A stretch of DNA of 64,000 nucleotides from Candidatus Magasanikbacteria bacterium RIFCSPHIGHO2_01_FULL_33_34 (GCA_001782825.1 MFPS01000006.1:3351-67350), one strand, 5' to 3'. Positions 28,401 to 38,162 are shown, counted from the stretch's first letter. Numbers and translations: made by a program. The notes: generated by a model not told the origin, from the letters alone.

Positions 28401-31400
28401 TTATAATAAAAGCCCCAAGATTATCCATTTCCATTCTACGTACTGTCTTCCAAGGTATGCCGGCATAAAATTGACCAGGGTTAGGAAAAGTACCTGTTAT
28501 TCCACTATCATCTGGAGCCATCGGTCTCATATAAAAACCTAATACTGAATCTATGTCATTATCATTTAAATTTTCTTCTCGATAATTACACATTAATTTA
28601 TTAAAAGTTGAAAAGGTTACTGTTCCGCCACCAGAATATCCAAAAGGTGTTTGCATACTTAGTAAAGTAATCCTATTACTAGTACTTACTGGACCAAAAC
28701 CATAACCATAATTATAATTTTGACTTGGGAATGTCTGACAAGTAAAGTGATGCAAAGATCTTCCATTAACAGGCACTACTGGATCTGGAAAATAACTATA
28801 AAGCACTTGACTACTAAAATGAGAAGTGGTTTCATTTAATTCATCATCATTAAAATCATTATAATCATATCCAACAGATGGATCAAGAATATAATCCGCA
28901 TCAAACAAACCACCACCTGATACACCAGCGCAATATAACTCACCACTGGCAAAATTTGGATTAGCATCTAATTGTGGATAATAACCAGCTTCAATATGCA
29001 AACTATTTGGGTCAATATTGGTAGCTGATGTTTGAATCGGTAACCATGTCAAACAAGCATATTCTTGATCCGCCTCATATCTAGCTTTACCATTAATTGG
29101 TCTACTAAAATCAGGTTCCAGACAAAAACCCTTTACTCCCAATCTTGTTTGTACCTGTCTCAATTTACTACATTCACCAGCAGATACAATTTCACCTCCT
29201 TCACGAACAATACAATCTAGATTTGTTTGACAAGGTTGACCATCTTTTTCACCAGTAGTACAAATACCAATTGGAATTGAAGGATTTACATATGATGTAG
29301 AAGTTGTAATAGGATAATAATCTACAAAATTACCATAATCATATTTGTTATATTCACAAGAACAATCTATTGAACCTTGACAAAGATTAGCCTCGCTAAA
29401 AAAGTTATTATAGATAGAATATTCTACTCTTGATTTTCCATTCAATTGACTACCTGCGCTTGTATTGCGTTTAATTCTACTATTGGCAGTATACGCAGCA
29501 TCCTCTTCATCAACTGGTTCTGAAGCTATATTCAAATATGGGAACGGACTTCCTTCTTCAGAAAAAATCTTACAACTTGAATCATTCAATCCATCTCTAA
29601 TTGCATTATGAATAATCAATCTCTCTTCATCCTCGTCTACAGCACCAGAAAGATTTATGTTTGGAAATGATGATCCATCAATTTTATTAACACACTTGCC
29701 CACAAAACACCTACCAGCTAAACCTGGACCACATGGATTACCATCTGTATCCCCAAATTCTGAATCACAATTGTTTGGTAACTCTCCTATATTTGGTAAT
29801 AATGCACCCAAATATTGATTTTCTGGTTCAGTTGAAAAAGTAAAATAACCAAATGTAAGTATTTGATGCTTGTTTAATAAAGAATATCCAGAATATTCAA
29901 AACCATACCATGAAATATCCCTACCTGTATATCTTTCTTCATCCAAAAATGTTTCCCCATATTGTGGTTGCACAAATGTCAAACACTCATCATCCCGCCC
30001 ACCAATTTTTAATTTTTCACAAGCTTTATACTCCGAACACAAAACTTGCTTTTCGCCTTTTTCATCTCTACTAATTAATTTATTACTACAAGTTAACCAC
30101 TCAGAACAAGCCCTATCTCTGTTAACCTTGAGTAGAAAATTGGTATCATTTGCCACTCCAGGATCAGTAGAGATTTGTGGATTTACAAAACCATATTTTG
30201 GATTTGTTTCATCACTAGCTTCATAAGTTAATGAAGCATTATAAAATTTGTTTGGTTGATCAGTCTTGTCAAACAAAACACAACCTTCTTTTAAGCTAAC
30301 CTGACCGTTACATTCACTTGTCCTCTCTGTAAGCTTATCATCAAATATCCTATAATATGGTTGACCATTTGGATTAGCATTTGATGTGTCTACCGTATCA
30401 ACTAATTCTGTACATAAATTATATTTATTTTGGCAAGAACCAACAAAACCATTATACCTATCAGAATCATTGGACCAAATACTATATATTTCATCTTTGA
30501 GATAATCATCATAACAAGGAATAGACCCAATATCTGAACAATCATTGTCCGCACAATCACTATTACTTCGACAATAATTAGACGGTTGAGATTGGCATCT
30601 ACCAAAACCTTCTATATACCATCCATCAAAACTAGCTGTATTTTCTTTGTAAGTACAAATTGAGTGACCTGTCTCTACTGGATCTCTAAAATAATAAGTA
30701 TTTGGACCGGTAGTATATTCACCACAACCAATTTTGTCTTGAGTACACAAAATTTCTCCATATCTTTCTGGATTGTCCTTTATATAAATATCACTATATT
30801 CATAACTAAGTGTAGTGGTACTTGGCATTATTTGATCTTGTAGTCCCATCAAAGTACAACCAACATCTCCTTCTGGACAATGATATTCTGTTCTATTGGT
30901 CAAAAATATTGGCGCGCCAGATTCTGGTGGAATATAAACACTAGACAAATCAATACTTATATTAATTTCACCAAAATCAAATGCCAACAAATCATTCAAA
31001 TCTCTATATTCATCATCATTAAAATCATTAGCTGTGCCATTATCATCAATTGGTAAATTCATAACTGGTATATAACAACTAGGTTCACCCTGTGGCACAA
31101 AACAACTTCCCGTAGTACCAAAATAATTTATAGAACATTCCACTCCAGATTCGCCATCATCATGAGAACAAACCAAATTATATATCTTTGGCAATCTAGC
31201 ATCTTCACCAGTCAACGTATTGTTGGTATCAAACAAAGGCTGACATCCCACTGCTTCTTCTCTACAAAGAGAAGCAAAACCTGTCAAATAATAAGTATTA
31301 CTTCTTTCATCTGTATATTCACTACAACCAAGCGCAAAACCAGGCAATAGCCCTGCTGGATTTTCACCGCTAGCAAAACAAGTTGATGGAGCATTGGCCA

Positions 31401-34400
31401 TTATAGATTCACCTTCTTCAATAGTCCCATTGCCATTCACATCATATCCTATTTCTTGTTGCCAAGAATCTTTGATCAAATATATACTATCTTCAATTTG
31501 TGATAATTGGATATTGTCCAAGAAATAAGGCGCAGCCGTTCCAACATTGTGGAAACTCAATACCACTGGAGACAATCCATCTCCAGTAAATTGTACTGGA
31601 CCAAGCCTATATTCTCTCCAATTATTACCAATTGAAATTGAGCTCAAAGCATCAGCGTTCAAAACCTCATGAGTAAATATTCCATAAGTTTCTGAGGCTG
31701 GATCAGCTAAATTATAATTATAAGCGCCATCAGAATTAGTATCCTGCATAAATCGGATTGAAATATCTTGAGGTGCTCCTCTGGCCCAGAAACTTAATTC
31801 AAACCAACCATTTGATTGTAGAGATACAAGTTCTTCTGTGGTTCCCAATTCAATCTCTCTAATCAAATATTCTTGACCAGCGCTATTACTGATTCGCAAA
31901 GAACTCTGGCCTCTTTGTAATGATTCAGATGAAATTGAAATGTTGCTTCCACTTGGCGCTAAAAGAAACCAACCATCTGTAGTCGTTGCAGATTCAAAAC
32001 CATCAGCAATAATATTTAATCTCAAGTTATTTCCGGTATTTCCAGTATAAGCGCGACATTCATTGGCCACTGCTGGACATCTAGATGATTCACTAGATAG
32101 TGATTGATAAACACAAGTATTACCATCAACCTGTCCACCGGCGTAACATCTATTACATTCTGAAACTCCATCACCATTTGAGTCCCCCCAAACACCATTA
32201 CCTTGATTAGCACAAGTAGTTCCATCTGCAATATCATTATCAACAAAAAGTCGTGGTTCAGTTTTTCTGAGTCTCCTGCACTGATCTGAAATAATAACCG
32301 TGTCCCCCATCATTCTATAATATTCATTACCAGCATTATCATAAAACTGCCTACAATCTGCTGCTGCAGAATTAGGATCAAATACATTAATAATTGCCAA
32401 AGCATAATTTGTTCTATTACATACTTCAAAATTATTTTGAATTGCCTCGCGAGTATTGTCTGAATAAGCAGGTGAACCAGGAGCAAAATCAACTGCAGAT
32501 GAACCATCTGGAACACCATTGTTATCTGAATCCCAATCAAAACCTGCTAAACCAGCTACATAAGCAGATTCACCCGCATCCATTTGTTTAAGCCTATGAT
32601 TTCTCAATACAAAACCTTCACTATGAGAGCCTTCCCATGAGAAAAATACTTTCTCTGGCACTGTATTAGGCTTTTCACAAAATCTAATATAATTGTAATA
32701 TTCTAATCTTTCTCCACCCTCAGATGATTCTTCTACATTGGTAAATTCATCACAACCAACATGTTGAGCAGAACATACCGTACCGAGTGACGGCACAAAA
32801 TGCAATGGAAATTCTTCATCTTCAAAACTTGATTCTCTTTGTTTAAATGTCTCATAACCAGCACACTCAGCCGGACAACCATTTTGCTCCTTGACCACAG
32901 CTGAAACAGTACTGCCAGTCCGTGCTGATGTATACAAACTACAACCAGCTTCTAGAGGCGCACAAACTTGCGCAAACTTTCCACATTCACTTGGTACATT
33001 CATATTCAAAATTTCAGACTCAGTCTGTGGCCAATTAATAATTGTTTCTGAACCCGCTCCAGTATTGGTATCATAACAACCCAAATAATCAGGTGCTACT
33101 TTGAGATGAATAATATCTGATGTATTTCTGATATATTCATTGTTTTTTAATGTAAACAATCCTGTATTAAAATTCCTTTGTACTCCATAAAATACTGTAC
33201 AACCTTCTGACGATGCTGAACAAGTTTCTACATTTCTATTGAAGTATATTGAACCATTTCTACCAACTGTTTTGAGACTACCCACACTATTGATATCAGC
33301 ATATGTTATCCATTCATTAGATAATTTTTCTGTTGAGTAACCCTGACAACCAACAGACTCTGGGGTGCACTGCGCAAAATCTATTGTTCTAGCTAAATAT
33401 GATGCTTTGTCACCTGATGATGTGTTTGTATATGATGTACAAGTACTATATTGAGCCGGACACTCTTGTCCATCTAACTGCCAAATATTTTTTTCCTTTG
33501 TACAATATCCCCAAGCAATACAAGTTCCATCAGCACTTTCTGATATACAAGTTTGCAAATCCATACATTCCTCTGCTCTAAATGGAGTAGAATTATCAAC
33601 TAAATTTGGCCCAAATCCTTCTGTACCACATCTAGATTGTGGCACTTTAATAATCCAGTTTGGATTAATCAAATGACATGCTTCGTGATTTGCATCAGGT
33701 TCACCATTTTCATTGCAATCATCAAAACCATTAACAACTCTATCTAATGTCCAAGGTTTATCAGGATTAGACTTCAAAGCGGCCAATTCAAAACCGATTG
33801 GTAAAATTAAGGCTTTTCTTAATTTTTGGATATTAGAATAACAATAAGCTTTGATATAGCAATCACGAGCTTCACTTGAATTTAATGCATGTGTTGGTGG
33901 AATCAATTGCCAATTGCCATGCAATAAATTGGCATCAATCGCTTCTCTAATTGTCAAAAATACTCCATCATTACTGCTACCTCTATTAATGGCTTGTTCA
34001 AAACCTGAATCAATCACTCTATTTGAGACCAAATCACCCACAATATCATAATTATCAACCTGATTTATAGACGGCGCAGTAATAAAATTAAAGGCTCTTT
34101 GGGCAGCTTTTTTGTTGTCTTGCAAAGTTGATGCAAAAAATGAAGCAATCCCACCTGAAGCACCCCCACCACCAACTTTGTCAGGATCAGGTGTATCTGG
34201 AAGTAATCCAGTCATTATTTTCTTTAACAATTGTTGACTAAGAGTATTAATAAAAATATTAGCGGCCATCAATGGTAAACTTCTAAGTTCAGAGCCATAA
34301 ATTCCGGCCATTTGTGTAGCATTCAATTTTTGCTGTTCAGCGGCTGACAAAGACTCTGCTTCTTTTCTGATTTGAGAAGCAGGAGTGAGAATCTTGCCTG

Positions 34401-35139
34401 AAATTGGACTGACAACATCTTTGAATCCTTGATTGGCTATTCGCTCTATATCAGCGGCTGCTCCTGCCCTACCTACCGCATTATCAATTTGCGCAATTGA
34501 TTCCATGGCTACACCAAAACCAGTTTCCTTAAAACTAAAACTTCCAGAAAAAACTTCTGAGGCAAAACTACTTCCACCTTCTCCATATTTTTCTTCAAGA
34601 GCAGCGATACTAAAATTGTCTTTCAATTGTTGCCATTCACATTTTGGCTGTGGGCCAATTGGAACTCCATCAGGACCTAATTTTGGATATAAATTACTCA
34701 ATCCTAATTTCAAATTGATATTTACTTGTGGACTTGGAATTTTACATAAATTTAATCCGAAAGGTTCTCCCAAAGAACCAACCAACTCACCCGCAACTGA
34801 ACCAGTCACATCACTCCAATATTGACCGGCAGATGTATCAAATGCCAATGGACTATTGCCAAAATCTCCAGTAGCTATAGCAGTCGCTGTATCAAAGGCT
34901 ACTTTGCGAACCATAAATGAAAGACTATTCATAACCGCACCCATTGCAGCCCCAGTTAACTGATTAAAAATAGTATCTTTAGCTTCTTTAACTTTCAATA
35001 TTCCATATAACCCCGGATCACTGACAACCCCACCAACTTGGGCTTTAACAGGATTTGCAAAAAGAATCATCCCAAAAACATCCATTACAAAATATGTTGC
35101 TACCAAGAATATTATAAATGATGATTTTCTTTTTTGCAT
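25459..35139 (-). CDS. giant secreted Cys/Asn/Gly/Asp/Tyr-rich surface protein (3226 aa); putative adhesin-like component
   Basis: One uninterrupted 9.68-kb ORF. The N-terminal signal peptide is MQKRKSSFIIFLVATYFVMDVFGMILFANPVKA. There are no further TM segments, and Cys residues are numerous (spaced CxxC/CxnC throughout). Confidence 0.8.
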   Translation of the reverse strand: MQKRKSSFIIFLVATYFVMDVFGMILFANPVKAQVGGVVSDPGLYGILKVKEAKDTIFNQLTGAAMGAVMNSLSFMVRKVAFDTATAIATGDFGNSPLAFDTSAGQYWSDVTGSVAGELVGSLGEPFGLNLCKIPSPQVNINLKLGLSNLYPKLGPDGVPIGPQPKCEWQQLKDNFSIAALEEKYGEGGSSFASEVFSGSFSFKETGFGVAMESIAQIDNAVGRAGAAADIERIANQGFKDVVSPISGKILTPASQIRKEAESLSAAEQQKLNATQMAGIYGSELRSLPLMAANIFINTLSQQLLKKIMTGLLPDTPDPDKVGGGGASGGIASFFASTLQDNKKAAQRAFNFITAPSINQVDNYDIVGDLVSNRVIDSGFEQAINRGSSNDGVFLTIREAIDANLLHGNWQLIPPTHALNSSEARDCYIKAYCYSNIQKLRKALILPIGFELAALKSNPDKPWTLDRVVNGFDDCNENGEPDANHEACHLINPNWIIKVPQSRCGTEGFGPNLVDNSTPFRAEECMDLQTCISESADGTCIAWGYCTKEKNIWQLDGQECPAQYSTCTSYTNTSSGDKASYLARTIDFAQCTPESVGCQGYSTEKLSNEWITYADINSVGSLKTVGRNGSIYFNRNVETCSASSEGCTVFYGVQRNFNTGLFTLKNNEYIRNTSDIIHLKVAPDYLGCYDTNTGAGSETIINWPQTESEILNMNVPSECGKFAQVCAPLEAGCSLYTSARTGSTVSAVVKEQNGCPAECAGYETFKQRESSFEDEEFPLHFVPSLGTVCSAQHVGCDEFTNVEESSEGGERLEYYNYIRFCEKPNTVPEKVFFSWEGSHSEGFVLRNHRLKQMDAGESAYVAGLAGFDWDSDNNGVPDGSSAVDFAPGSPAYSDNTREAIQNNFEVCNRTNYALAIINVFDPNSAAADCRQFYDNAGNEYYRMMGDTVIISDQCRRLRKTEPRLFVDNDIADGTTCANQGNGVWGDSNGDGVSECNRCYAGGQVDGNTCVYQSLSSESSRCPAVANECRAYTGNTGNNLRLNIIADGFESATTTDGWFLLAPSGSNISISSESLQRGQSSLRISNSAGQEYLIREIELGTTEELVSLQSNGWFELSFWARGAPQDISIRFMQDTNSDGAYNYNLADPASETYGIFTHEVLNADALSSISIGNNWREYRLGPVQFTGDGLSPVVLSFHNVGTAAPYFLDNIQLSQIEDSIYLIKDSWQQEIGYDVNGNGTIEEGESIMANAPSTCFASGENPAGLLPGFALGCSEYTDERSNTYYLTGFASLCREEAVGCQPLFDTNNTLTGEDARLPKIYNLVCSHDDGESGVECSINYFGTTGSCFVPQGEPSCYIPVMNLPIDDNGTANDFNDDEYRDLNDLLAFDFGEINISIDLSSVYIPPESGAPIFLTNRTEYHCPEGDVGCTLMGLQDQIMPSTTTLSYEYSDIYIKDNPERYGEILCTQDKIGCGEYTTGPNTYYFRDPVETGHSICTYKENTASFDGWYIEGFGRCQSQPSNYCRSNSDCADNDCSDIGSIPCYDDYLKDEIYSIWSNDSDRYNGFVGSCQNKYNLCTELVDTVDTSNANPNGQPYYRIFDDKLTERTSECNGQVSLKEGCVLFDKTDQPNKFYNASLTYEASDETNPKYGFVNPQISTDPGVANDTNFLLKVNRDRACSEWLTCSNKLISRDEKGEKQVLCSEYKACEKLKIGGRDDECLTFVQPQYGETFLDEERYTGRDISWYGFEYSGYSLLNKHQILTFGYFTFSTEPENQYLGALLPNIGELPNNCDSEFGDTDGNPCGPGLAGRCFVGKCVNKIDGSSFPNINLSGAVDEDEERLIIHNAIRDGLNDSSCKIFSEEGSPFPYLNIASEPVDEEDAAYTANSRIKRNTSAGSQLNGKSRVEYSIYNNFFSEANLCQGSIDCSCEYNKYDYGNFVDYYPITTSTSYVNPSIPIGICTTGEKDGQPCQTNLDCIVREGGEIVSAGECSKLRQVQTRLGVKGFCLEPDFSRPINGKARYEADQEYACLTWLPIQTSATNIDPNSLHIEAGYYPQLDANPNFASGELYCAGVSGGGLFDADYILDPSVGYDYNDFNDDELNETTSHFSSQVLYSYFPDPVVPVNGRSLHHFTCQTFPSQNYNYGYGFGPVSTSNRITLLSMQTPFGYSGGGTVTFSTFNKLMCNYREENLNDNDIDSVLGFYMRPMAPDDSGITGTFPNPGQFYAGIPWKTVRRMEMDNLGAFIIKLFTSYAWNRIGNNAIPLRVEYNPNKDLDLNGTTAPWRFAPWVGGNPGVDIYEIQNGGFDRRTHPVDLDTDDDGVVNDTSEYGGLYNFNTADNFINEYSVNDFYFIPTVYKGTLRGAVPRTILDLGDPNMSNWTERWDNEVLRLPIKALASNDGNINGSIVPFSGVVIRKDSDYYTDSDYFNNSGYGYYIVNFSLRNKTSIYYGDPMTFSKTDPVSFSQNHLLMWRYVLDRNNSDQSSLFYPDEPDVVKKYILVFFANQTSGALKYDSSDPFGYRTVAPMFMNGILSEGQPEPFVPQSAVNDPFQTDCQRGYVGGGYSNDNEENAHYNPWWAVSVNFGENGEFLGYTTKWCNGYTADNVLTHNENASLGSGIGFAVFADLATQCREIVQVYDRSAFGTARTINKAWTNRVWSLARNIDGTPFAHPFARDATIDQESFGTDDTSSYPLVSRNNILAPYGSLGLSADFLSDLDNTTLLNFSFQDPFVDGIPYSCNLSYADALVRSVPLNLYIRSCPFAPYESTIYRNTFAFRQTVGQEYNGSRVVSTIGRMQVYDPVYYLMPWYAHDALFELFVKQFRVVNLDEAGANPGLQYVDAVLPLADLDRSNTIYGAQTIIRRPAHQPCEFCEPIPEYSFTEYLTQPAVYSLNPVFCSEDDDVNEGADCTVAEYNSFSVGLATGELKDYNNDGQISSVERSAASDIASVDTYTANVKFFAHADDNRMPIRKVSVDWGDGSTITNENKLGLYKNSKPFCANGGNGDEVVPVCKMNFQGKHIPSSITCEEDSDCPENFNVVEPLSIIEAGDDPLLTNPDCMSTQELLALGGTDLETYAMPRFGNAPRACTIEPFEFEHAYRCTATMIDAHITFGSLDSDVQSIILNEVTNYNLSVDIADQINLSSNDVDYTLCQFKPRVQVLDNWGYCNGWCPDDPANPEAGGPFCYSGDVATECAWRDVGSVPPILGVVPTPWTTYRGNIIIIPSEEF

Positions 35140-35195
35140 ACACTTTTAGTAAATATTATTTTATCGCTTCCAATAACAGTTCTTACACAACTTTT

Positions 35196-35849
35196 TTATA
35201 AATTTATATCTTTGACCAATTTTAACAATTCTTCATCTGTTACATTTTTTAATTGTTCTTCAGTTATTTTGCCAGTTGATAATAATATCTGTCTCAACAA
35301 TTCTGGACTATTCATCAATGTTTCTAATTCAATACTCAATTGATCAGGGTCTGGTAGTTGTTCATCAGGGATCTGTTCTGACAAAGAAACTGATTCAGCC
35401 AACAAATCCAAAAAATCTGCAGCCCCACTTTCTACCGAAACAGGAGATTCAACTGCAATTTGTTCTTCCGGAGTATTGGTATCCAACAATATTTCACAAT
35501 CAGTCCCCTCAGCGCACAATGGATTAGTTCCATTTTCAATTTCAATGTTGTCATCAATCCCATCTGAATCAGTATCTGGTAAATAGGGACTAGTATTATA
35601 AAACTCCAGCTCTTCAAAATCAGTCAAACTATCATTGTCGGTATCCATCTGCTGTAACCTAGTTGAATCATCAATAAAAGCTTGTGAACTAAGATAATTA
35701 ATTGGCCTAATTACAAATGGATTATAAATAGTATTTCTCATTTGCAATGCGCCCATACTCAATGTCAAAATTCCGAATACCATTAACAAGACAAAACCTA
35801 CTTTTTGCCCAGAGCTAAGTTTTCTTGTTTGGTAATTTTCAGATTCCAT
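35196..35849 (-). CDS. acidic bitopic membrane protein with calcium-binding DxDxDGxxD (thrombospondin-type-3 / dockerin-like) motifs
   Basis: TM segment VGFVLLMVFGILTLSMGALQM, then DTDNDSLTDFEE and DTDSDGIDDNIE motifs, and a strongly acidic C-terminal half. Confidence 0.6.
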   Translation of the reverse strand: MESENYQTRKLSSGQKVGFVLLMVFGILTLSMGALQMRNTIYNPFVIRPINYLSSQAFIDDSTRLQQMDTDNDSLTDFEELEFYNTSPYLPDTDSDGIDDNIEIENGTNPLCAEGTDCEILLDTNTPEEQIAVESPVSVESGAADFLDLLAESVSLSEQIPDEQLPDPDQLSIELETLMNSPELLRQILLSTGKITEEQLKNVTDEELLKLVKDINL

Positions 35850-35956
35850 GTTTATCTAATTTAGACCTGAACCATTATCACTTTAGATTGTTCTTTATTA
35901 TTATACCAAAAAATACTAAAACAAAATAGAGATAATCGTGGATAAGTGTTTGCATA

Positions 35957-35988
35957 AAAACATACAAACATATAAACATATAAACACA
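35957..35988. repeat. octamer tandem repeat (AAACATAY)n, in the promoter region of the 35196-35849 gene
   Basis: aaaaacatacaaacatataaacatataaacac. On the minus strand the array ends 45 bp upstream of an extended -10 TGGTATAAT (plus-strand 35904-35912). Confidence 0.6.
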
Positions 35989-36005
35989 GAAGTAATCCTA
36001 AAAAT

Positions 36006-36866
36006 CTACAGGATAAACCCGCATAATTTTTTCCATTGTTCTAGACTTAATTCTTGTGCCCGGACGGTTTCTTTGAGATATGATTTTAAAAGCGCTTTCT
36101 TTATTTTTTCTCCATCAATTTTAAGGTTCACTGAAAGATTACGCCATAACTGTTTTCGTTTATTAGCAAACCCAGCCTTTACAATCTCAAAAAATTTTTT
36201 GTCAAAAGATGTTTGTATGTTTGTATGTTTGTATATTTGTATGCTCAACACGGCTGAATCAACTTTTGGCTCTGGCCAAAAATTTCCCCTAGAAACTCTA
36301 AGTACAATTTTTGGTTCCCCATAATATTGTACAGACACTGCCAAGAGACTCATATTACCCGGTTTTTCACATATACGTTCTGCCACTTCTTTTTGCACCA
36401 TCACTACTATTTTTTCCGGTTTATTTTCAAGCTCTAATAATGTCCTCAAAATATGCGAAGTGATTTGATAAGGTAAATTTGCAATTACTTTATACTTTCC
36501 TTTGAATTCAAACTCTTTATTTTTTATATTGGTAATAGCATTACCCCAAATTATGTGCAAATTAGAATATTCTTGCAATTTCTTATTCCAATAATCTTCT
36601 AGCTTTTTCTCAATTTCATAGGCAATTACTTTTTGTGCGCTATCAACTAATGCCAATGTAAGTACACCAAACCCTGGTCCTATCTCTAGTATATTATCTT
36701 TTTTATTTACTTCTGCAGTTTCAAGCATTTTTTGAATCGGATCAAAATTAACTAAATAATTCTGACCATATTTTTTTGATGGAGACAATCCATATTCTTT
36801 ACACAATTCCTTGATTTTTGTAGGTGTTAATACAGACATACAAATTATTTTAAAAACCATCTCCAT
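36006..36866 (-). CDS. rsmA: 16S rRNA (adenine1518/1519-N6)-dimethyltransferase
   Basis: KKYGQNYL, the SAM-binding motif ILEIGPGFGVLT, and the KsgA C-terminus AQELSLEQWKKL. An in-frame octamer repeat lies at 36209-36244. Confidence 0.9.
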   Translation of the reverse strand: MEMVFKIICMSVLTPTKIKELCKEYGLSPSKKYGQNYLVNFDPIQKMLETAEVNKKDNILEIGPGFGVLTLALVDSAQKVIAYEIEKKLEDYWNKKLQEYSNLHIIWGNAITNIKNKEFEFKGKYKVIANLPYQITSHILRTLLELENKPEKIVVMVQKEVAERICEKPGNMSLLAVSVQYYGEPKIVLRVSRGNFWPEPKVDSAVLSIQIYKHTNIQTSFDKKFFEIVKAGFANKRKQLWRNLSVNLKIDGEKIKKALLKSYLKETVRAQELSLEQWKKLCGFIL

Positions 36867-38103
36867 TTATAATATTACTATCAATATTCAAAATCTCTTC
36901 AAAAGATTCAACTAAAGTAGGTTTGATATCAACTAACTCAAGACCATCGGTAGAATATCTATTAGCGGCATTCCACAACATCCAGCCACCATTAGTATAT
37001 TGTTCTACAATATCAATCTGTTCTCTAATTTTGTTTGCATCATAAACTGCGCCGATATTGAATGCTTGCAACCATGGTCGCAAGACTGCCTTTTTTTCAT
37101 AAAAAAAATGAGCGCCTTTTTCCATACCATTTTTAATGACTAAACCAGGATACTCTGCTGGATTTGCAAGTCCAAGATGACCGGATGGATAATGAGATGG
37201 ATACATCATCGGAGAAATTGCATCGACCTCATCCAAGGCATCCTCAAGACGCTGGCCAATATTCATATCATCTTCACCAGTTTTTTCCATAACAAATCCA
37301 AATAAATCCAATGATATTTTGGCTGGATATTTTTTTAATTTATCATTCAAATATTCATAAAATTGTCCCATTACTTCATATTTTTTTAGTTCTCCATTGT
37401 TATATTGCAATGCACTCATATTTCCATCAGATGGAAACCTAACATAATCAAAATTTATTTCATCAAATCCCAATGAAATTGCTTCTTTGGCAATCTCTAT
37501 ATTATAATCCCAAACTTCTTTGATTGATGGATCAACCCAAGATAGACCTTTATAATCATACCAAACGCCACCATTTTTATTTTTGAGCGCCCAATCTGAT
37601 TTTTTGCGCGCCAAAATCGGATCCTGAAAAACCGTCTGTCTGGCAATCACATATATATCATATTTGTGAAGGGCTGTAATCAATTCTTCAATTTTGTTTA
37701 TTCTATAATCTTCCAACTCCAATTCATTTACAAGCTCAACATTTGAATTATACAAAACCTTTCCACTATAATCTTTGATGTCAATAATTACGGCATTCAA
37801 TTCTGTATTATTTATCAAATTTATTATTTCTGTCATTTTTTTATTGCTCCCCGCAGAATAAGCTGTCAGATATATGCCTTTTATAGTTTCTCTTTGCAAC
37901 CTCGCAACTTTTTTTTCAAAAATTTTTATTCTTTCTTTTCGAGAAGGATTTTGACTAATTTCTAATATTATCAGAGCATCTTGCTCTGCCAAAGTCATAT
38001 TCCAAAACGCATACAAAATAACACCAAACAAAAATGATATTATTACAAATACAATAATATATGCACTCGCAACCTTTTCAGTAAAAATATTTTTATAAGT
38101 CAT
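36850..38103 (-). CDS. membrane-anchored putative glycoside-hydrolase-like TIM-barrel protein (GHL10/DUF4015-like)
   Basis: N-terminal TM segment, then a region YDIYVIARQTVFQDPILARKK...VWYDYKGLSWVDP...FDEINFDYVRFP typical of this family. Confidence 0.5.
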   Translation of the reverse strand: MTYKNIFTEKVASAYIIVFVIISFLFGVILYAFWNMTLAEQDALIILEISQNPSRKERIKIFEKKVARLQRETIKGIYLTAYSAGSNKKMTEIINLINNTELNAVIIDIKDYSGKVLYNSNVELVNELELEDYRINKIEELITALHKYDIYVIARQTVFQDPILARKKSDWALKNKNGGVWYDYKGLSWVDPSIKEVWDYNIEIAKEAISLGFDEINFDYVRFPSDGNMSALQYNNGELKKYEVMGQFYEYLNDKLKKYPAKISLDLFGFVMEKTGEDDMNIGQRLEDALDEVDAISPMMYPSHYPSGHLGLANPAEYPGLVIKNGMEKGAHFFYEKKAVLRPWLQAFNIGAVYDANKIREQIDIVEQYTNGGWMLWNAANRYSTDGLELVDIKPTLVESFEEILNIDSNIINGDGF

Positions 38104-38162
38104 GAAAATAGAACTAAAATATTTTAGTAGTTTACCATAAAAACTATTATCTTTCTACAATA

